64,000 bases of DNA from Archangium sp. GTDB taxonomy: Bacteria > Myxococcota > Myxococcia > Myxococcales > Myxococcaceae. This document shows, piece by piece, positions 59,645-64,000 of the stretch. Location of the stretch: positions 16,304 through 80,303 of the forward strand of contig JANLPS010000176.1 of NCBI GenBank assembly GCA_031367385.1. The letters run 5' to 3'. The notes beneath the pieces are model-generated. The model was not told where the DNA came from. It was given only the letters and a program-made list of their open reading frames with translations, and searched no databases. The translations under genes were made by a program, and so were the position numbers. Within the stretch, counting starts at the first letter, position 1, and each line of letters opens with the position of its first letter.

Positions 59645-60811
59645 ATGGACGAGCGTGAACGCGTGATTCGCGATCTCGAAGAGCATCAATTCGAGCTCGA
59701 AATTCAAAATCAGCAGTTGCGAGAAGCCCAACTCGAGCTCGAAGCCGCGGCCCTGCGTTACGCCGACCTCTACGATTTTGCTCCCGCCGCCTACTGCACG
59801 CTGAGCCCCGCTGGTGAGCTGCTCGAAGCAAACCTCTCATGTGCGAATCTGCTCGGGGGCGACCGACTGGCGCTCAAAGGGTACCCGTTGATCGAGATGG
59901 TGATCAGCGATGATCGCCGCCTGATGCTCGATCACCTGCTGGCCTGTCGTACGGCCGACAAGAACGTCACCGTCGAGCTGCACCTCCAGCCGCCCCGACG
60001 GCCCCTGATGATGGTGCAGCTGCTCAGCTGCCCTTCAGAGGGCCAACGCCGCGGGTATCGCACGGTGATCAGCGACATCACTGACCGCAAGCACGCCGAA
60101 GAGACGCTGCGAATGGCGCTCCGCACCCGGCAAGACTTCTTGGCCATCGTCGCGCATGACCTGCGAAACCCGCTGAACACCATCTTGATGGCGACCGACG
60201 CGCTGCTGCGGCGCGCGCCGGCCGAAGAGCGCCGGTCGGTCGGCCGTTTTCAGCTCGAGACGGTCAAAGAGGCGTCGCGTCGAATGACCCGCCTGCTGGC
60301 CGACCTGCTCGACCTCTCGAGCATGGACGCGGGGCACCTCTCCATCGACCCCGAGCACCATAACATTCGCGAGCTCATCACCGCGTCGATCAACCTCGTC
60401 GGGCCGGTGGCCCTCGAAAAGACGCAGCGGCTCATACAGTTGGGTGAAGGCACCTTGTTCGCCTGGTGTGACCGCGAGCGAACCATTCAAGCGCTGCTCA
60501 ACCTGCTCACCAACGCGGTGAAGTTCACGCCCTCCGGCGGCACCATCTCAGTCGAGGCCCACACCAGCGCCGAGGGCGTGCTGGTCGAGGTTCGCGACAC
60601 CGGTACCGGCATCGAGCCGCACCAGCTGCCGATGCTCTTTCACCCCTACTGGCAGGCCGACAAACGCCACAAAATCGGCACCGGGCTCGGGCTCTCCATC
60701 GCCAAGGGCATCGTCGAGGGGCACGGCGGGCGCATCTGGGCAGAGAGCACCCGCGGCGTGGGCAGCGTCTTCTGCTTTACGCTCCCCGCCACCGCGCAGC
60801 TGCAACACTGA
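59645..60811 (+). CDS. PAS-domain sensor histidine kinase
   Basis: HQFELEIQNQQLR coiled coil, YDFAP, AHDLRNPL, NLLTNAVKFT and GTGLGL motifs. Confidence 0.93.
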   Translation: MDERERVIRDLEEHQFELEIQNQQLREAQLELEAAALRYADLYDFAPAAYCTLSPAGELLEANLSCANLLGGDRLALKGYPLIEMVISDDRRLMLDHLLACRTADKNVTVELHLQPPRRPLMMVQLLSCPSEGQRRGYRTVISDITDRKHAEETLRMALRTRQDFLAIVAHDLRNPLNTILMATDALLRRAPAEERRSVGRFQLETVKEASRRMTRLLADLLDLSSMDAGHLSIDPEHHNIRELITASINLVGPVALEKTQRLIQLGEGTLFAWCDRERTIQALLNLLTNAVKFTPSGGTISVEAHTSAEGVLVEVRDTGTGIEPHQLPMLFHPYWQADKRHKIGTGLGLSIAKGIVEGHGGRIWAESTRGVGSVFCFTLPATAQLQH

Positions 60812-61267
60812 TTACTCGACGTCGGTGTCAACGACCTCGTCTGCGTCTTCGTCTTCTTCATCCTCATCGTCGTCGTCTGCATCGGCTTCATCGTCGTCGT
60901 TGACCGCGTCGGTTTCTTGCGCGGCGTTCTTGACGGCCTCGGCGCGGGCCGGCGCGGTCACGCGCTCCCGGGTCTCTTCTTCGAGCACTTCTTGCCGGGT
61001 CTCGTCGTCGACCACCGATTCGCCCTGGTCTCGAGCGCCGGTCGAGGTTTGGCGCCCGCTTCGTGCGCTCGACGTCGCCGTTCGGGTCGGTGCCGCCACC
61101 TTGCGGCTGGTACGTGCCGAGCGCTTCGACGACGTGGCTGAGGGCGTTTTACGAGCGGTACGGCCCCGCGCCGACGACGCGCTGGCCTTGCGGGTGGCCC
61201 TTTTCGCGGGAGCCCTTTTCGCGGGGCTCTTCTTCTTCGAGCTCGGTTTCTTCGTCATCTTCTTCAT
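60812..61267 (-). CDS. Histone-H1-like protein with a basic N-terminus and acidic tail
   Basis: MKKMTKKPSSKKKSPAKRAPAKR... and DDDEADADDDDEDEEDED; AGGAG RBS upstream. Confidence 0.72.
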   Translation of the reverse strand: MKKMTKKPSSKKKSPAKRAPAKRATRKASASSARGRTARKTPSATSSKRSARTSRKVAAPTRTATSSARSGRQTSTGARDQGESVVDDETRQEVLEEETRERVTAPARAEAVKNAAQETDAVNDDDEADADDDDEDEEDEDADEVVDTDVE

Positions 61268-61348
61268 TGCGCGTTTCGCGGCCACGGTTGAGCTCCTCTT
61301 GGGGTGATGGCGAGCGCACCGGCCTCGCCACTGTCGGCACTGCCTCGC

Positions 61349-61364
61349 AGCAACGTGCATGCCG
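61349..61364 (-). promoter_or_regulatory. Sigma54 -24/-12 promoter candidate
   Basis: Minus strand CGGCAT-GCACG-TTGCT, about 80 nt upstream of ATG 61267. Confidence 0.6.
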
Positions 61365-61475
61365 AGCGCACCTCGCGCGGCCTGGAGCTGCGAAGAGCCT
61401 TCAGTTGGTGAACGGCGGCACTGTGGCGAATTGTCTTTCGCGCTGGCCCGGCTTCAGAAATGTCTCACCCCGCAC

Positions 61476-61880
61476 ATGACCCGTGTCAAACCGCGCGTGG
61501 CCCGACGACTCGGCTGGAGCCTGACCTTCGCATTCTCGGCGGTGGCCGTGCTGCGGGCGGCGACCGCGGCGGGCCCGGTGCCGGCGGCCCCCATCTCGGT
61601 CGAGCAAGCGCACCAGGCCTACGAAGCCCTCACCGCCAAAGAGCCCGAGTTTCGCGCAAAGGCGGCCGAGAATTTTCCCTCCGATGCCTGGAGCCGCGAT
61701 GACGACTTCTCGGCCTCTGAGCGTGGGCTCGCCGGCAGCTGGGCCAATGACCATGGCGTGCGCCGCCAAGACGTCTTCGGAAGCATCGACCAGGGCATGC
61801 GCGCCCACTGGTTGCTGCCGCCAGACGTGCCGCAGCCCATCACCCGCGTGACCCCCTGTAAACCGCGAGCGATGGAATGA
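61476..61880 (+). CDS. Hypothetical membrane-anchored protein
   Basis: N-terminal TM; FPSDAWSRDDDF; ATGA-coupled to the next gene. Confidence 0.75.
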   Translation: MTRVKPRVARRLGWSLTFAFSAVAVLRAATAAGPVPAAPISVEQAHQAYEALTAKEPEFRAKAAENFPSDAWSRDDDFSASERGLAGSWANDHGVRRQDVFGSIDQGMRAHWLLPPDVPQPITRVTPCKPRAME

Positions 61881-64000
61881 GCCAGCCCTCGACCCGCGCC
61901 GCGTTCTTCACCCTCGTCGCCCTGCTGGCGTGCTGGCCGTACCTCTCGAGCGCCGGAGCGGCGAACGACTTTCGCGACGCCCAGGTGCTCGACCACTACG
62001 AGTCGACCGCGCGCCGAACCGTGCTCGACTACGGCCAACTGCCACTGTGGAACCCGTATTCGTGCGGCGGGCTCTACGCGCTGGGCTCTCCGCAGACGCG
62101 CTTCGCTTCTCCCACCTTTCTGGCGACCCTGGCGCTGGGCACCTCGAGGGCCGGGGCGCTGATTCAGTGGCTCTTGGTCTTGTTGGCGCTCGAGGGCACC
62201 TACCGGGTGCTGCGCTCGCACCGGGTCAACCGCCTCTCGGCGATGCTGGCCGCGCCGGTGTTCGGCCTCAGCGGTATTTTCGCGTGCGCCCCCTTCTTGG
62301 GCTGGGTGAGCTTCTGCGGGTTCGCCGCGTTGCCGTGGGCGGTGTGGGGTACCCAACAGGCGCTGCGAGGCCGGCGCTGGGGCGTGCCGCTGGTCGCTGC
62401 TTGTGTCGCGTTCATGGCGGGGTTCGGGGGCACCTACACCCTGCCCCTCACCGCGCTGGCGTGTGCCGCGCAGTTCGCCGCGCCCCTCTTTCACGGGCGA
62501 TACGAGCGGGTCGTGCGCGTCGCGGGCTCGCTGGCCCTCGCCACGGTGGGGCTCTCGGCGTTTCGCCTGCTGCCAATCTGGGAGACCCTGAGCCATGCGC
62601 CCAGAACCGTGGCCTCGCTCGAGAGCCACGGCCTGCCTGAGATTGGCGGCCTGCTCTTCGGGGTGAGCGCGCCCTTCTTCTCGCCGGAGTGCTGGTATCT
62701 GGTCGGGGCTCCGGCGGCGGTGCTGGCGGCGTTCGAGCTGGCGCACCGGCGGGCCTGGTGGCTCGTCGCCGCGGCAGTCGCCTGTCTGTGGGTCGCGATG
62801 GGCCAGGCGCTGCCGGTCTCGCTGTACGGCCTGCTGCGAGGGCTGCCGCTGTTCAACATGCTGCGTTCGCCCGAGCGGTTCTTGGTGCTGGGCGGGCTCA
62901 TCATCGCGCTGGGGGCTGGTCGGGCGCTCACCTCGATGATGGCGCGGGCCCGGCACGATGCCCGGCTGCGCTGGCTGGTGCGCGCGGCAGTGCTCGCGTT
63001 GCTGGTGAACGCCGCGATGCTCATCGCCAACTTCGACGCAGCGGCGCGGGTGCGCTCGTTGGTCGCGGCGCCGATTGAAGTGCAGCAGCCCTTTCATCAG
63101 GCCCGGGGCAACCGCTGGGCAGTCAGCGAGTTCGGCGCGCAAAACCTGGGCTCGCTCTCGTGCTGGGAGGCCTACCCGGTGCCGCAGTCACCGCTGCTCC
63201 GCGCCGGTGCACCTGAAGAGGCGTGGCTCGAGGCGCCCGCGGCGGGCTCGATGCAAACGCGCTCGTGGTCGCCGAACCGGCTCGCGTACCAGGTGAAGCT
63301 CACTGCGCCGACCACGGTGGTGGTCAATCAGAACCACCACTCCGGGTGGCGGGCCTCGGTGGGCACGGTGGTGAACAAAGAGGGGCTGTTGGCGGTCGAG
63401 CTGCCGGCGGGTGAGCATGCGTTGACGCTCTCGTTTCGCCCACGCTCGGCGGTGGTCGGCTTCACCGTGTCATTGCTGATGCTGGTGGCGTTGGGGCTCG
63501 CGCTGCGTTTCTCGAGCGGGGTGCTGGTGGTACCGCTGATCATCGGAGCGGTGCAGTTCGCCTTGATTGACGAGCCCTGGTCGAAGCCGCTGGCGCGTGG
63601 GCCCGAGGGTGAAGAAGTCATCGTGACGGCGCCGCCACCCGGCGCGCGCGTGCTCGACGTCGACTTCGAGGGCGGGGTTCGGCTCGAGGCGGCGAGCGCT
63701 GCGCGCTTGGCCCCTGACCGGCTGCGGCTCGAGCTCGATTGGTCGGTGCCGAAGCACGCGCTCTCGACGCTCGGCATCTTCGTGCACTTCGAGCCGAAAG
63801 ACGCCACGTCGTTCAACGGAGATCACCCGTTCATCTCCGATGCGCTCACCTTCGAAGAGCTGCCCGTCGGCCTGACCGCCCGTGACATCATGGTGGTGAG
63901 CGTGCCCCCCGAGGCCCGGGGCAAAGCGCTCACCATCTGGGCCGGCGTGTGGGCGCTGCGGGGTGATGGTGCGCGGCAGCAGGTGCTGACCCCCACCGGA
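61877..64000 (+). CDS. YfhO-like (GT-C) multi-pass membrane glycosyltransferase, 3'-partial
   Basis: Not in the ORF track because it has no stop in the window. Reads MSQPSTRAAFFTLVALLACWP...GQLPLWNPYSCGG...LRSPERF...VVVNQNHHSGW...LPAGEH. Confidence 0.8.
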   Translation, partial: MSQPSTRAAFFTLVALLACWPYLSSAGAANDFRDAQVLDHYESTARRTVLDYGQLPLWNPYSCGGLYALGSPQTRFASPTFLATLALGTSRAGALIQWLLVLLALEGTYRVLRSHRVNRLSAMLAAPVFGLSGIFACAPFLGWVSFCGFAALPWAVWGTQQALRGRRWGVPLVAACVAFMAGFGGTYTLPLTALACAAQFAAPLFHGRYERVVRVAGSLALATVGLSAFRLLPIWETLSHAPRTVASLESHGLPEIGGLLFGVSAPFFSPECWYLVGAPAAVLAAFELAHRRAWWLVAAAVACLWVAMGQALPVSLYGLLRGLPLFNMLRSPERFLVLGGLIIALGAGRALTSMMARARHDARLRWLVRAAVLALLVNAAMLIANFDAAARVRSLVAAPIEVQQPFHQARGNRWAVSEFGAQNLGSLSCWEAYPVPQSPLLRAGAPEEAWLEAPAAGSMQTRSWSPNRLAYQVKLTAPTTVVVNQNHHSGWRASVGTVVNKEGLLAVELPAGEHALTLSFRPRSAVVGFTVSLLMLVALGLALRFSSGVLVVPLIIGAVQFALIDEPWSKPLARGPEGEEVIVTAPPPGARVLDVDFEGGVRLEAASAARLAPDRLRLELDWSVPKHALSTLGIFVHFEPKDATSFNGDHPFISDALTFEELPVGLTARDIMVVSVPPEARGKALTIWAGVWALRGDGARQQVLTPTG

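Noticed and set aside
61619..63142. 507-aa minus-strand ORF and other short ORFs after 61900
   Set aside because: Shadows of the plus-strand YfhO-like gene

Overview
GC-rich bacterial window with myxobacterial (Myxococcota-like) gene content, inferred from the many lipoproteins, a PEGA protein, an AgmX/PglI-type TonB-C protein, a Ser/Thr kinase and sigma54-type promoters. It holds about 50 CDS and one clear RNA gene (RNase P RNA, minus strand, about 8959-9356). Recognisable modules: an MCE/Mla-type ABC operon, an ECF sigma factor with an unusual anti-sigma fusion, Lhr helicase with a LexA-box-like operator, pbpC plus alpha-2-macroglobulin, the zwf-pgl-gnd operon, three histidine kinases, a di-haem cytochrome c peroxidase, TMEM175, and a YfhO-like glycosyltransferase running off the right end. 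I found no CRISPR array, tRNA, rRNA, transposase or integrase. The most novel-looking region is 47.0-52.3 kb. Three proteins without signal peptides share a disordered leader ending in a [DQE]-x-F-[EV]-like motif. One is paired with a trigger-factor-like protein and another carries a DarT-like ADP-ribosyltransferase-fold domain coupled to a small putative immunity gene. All family calls come from motif recognition by eye; no searches were run.
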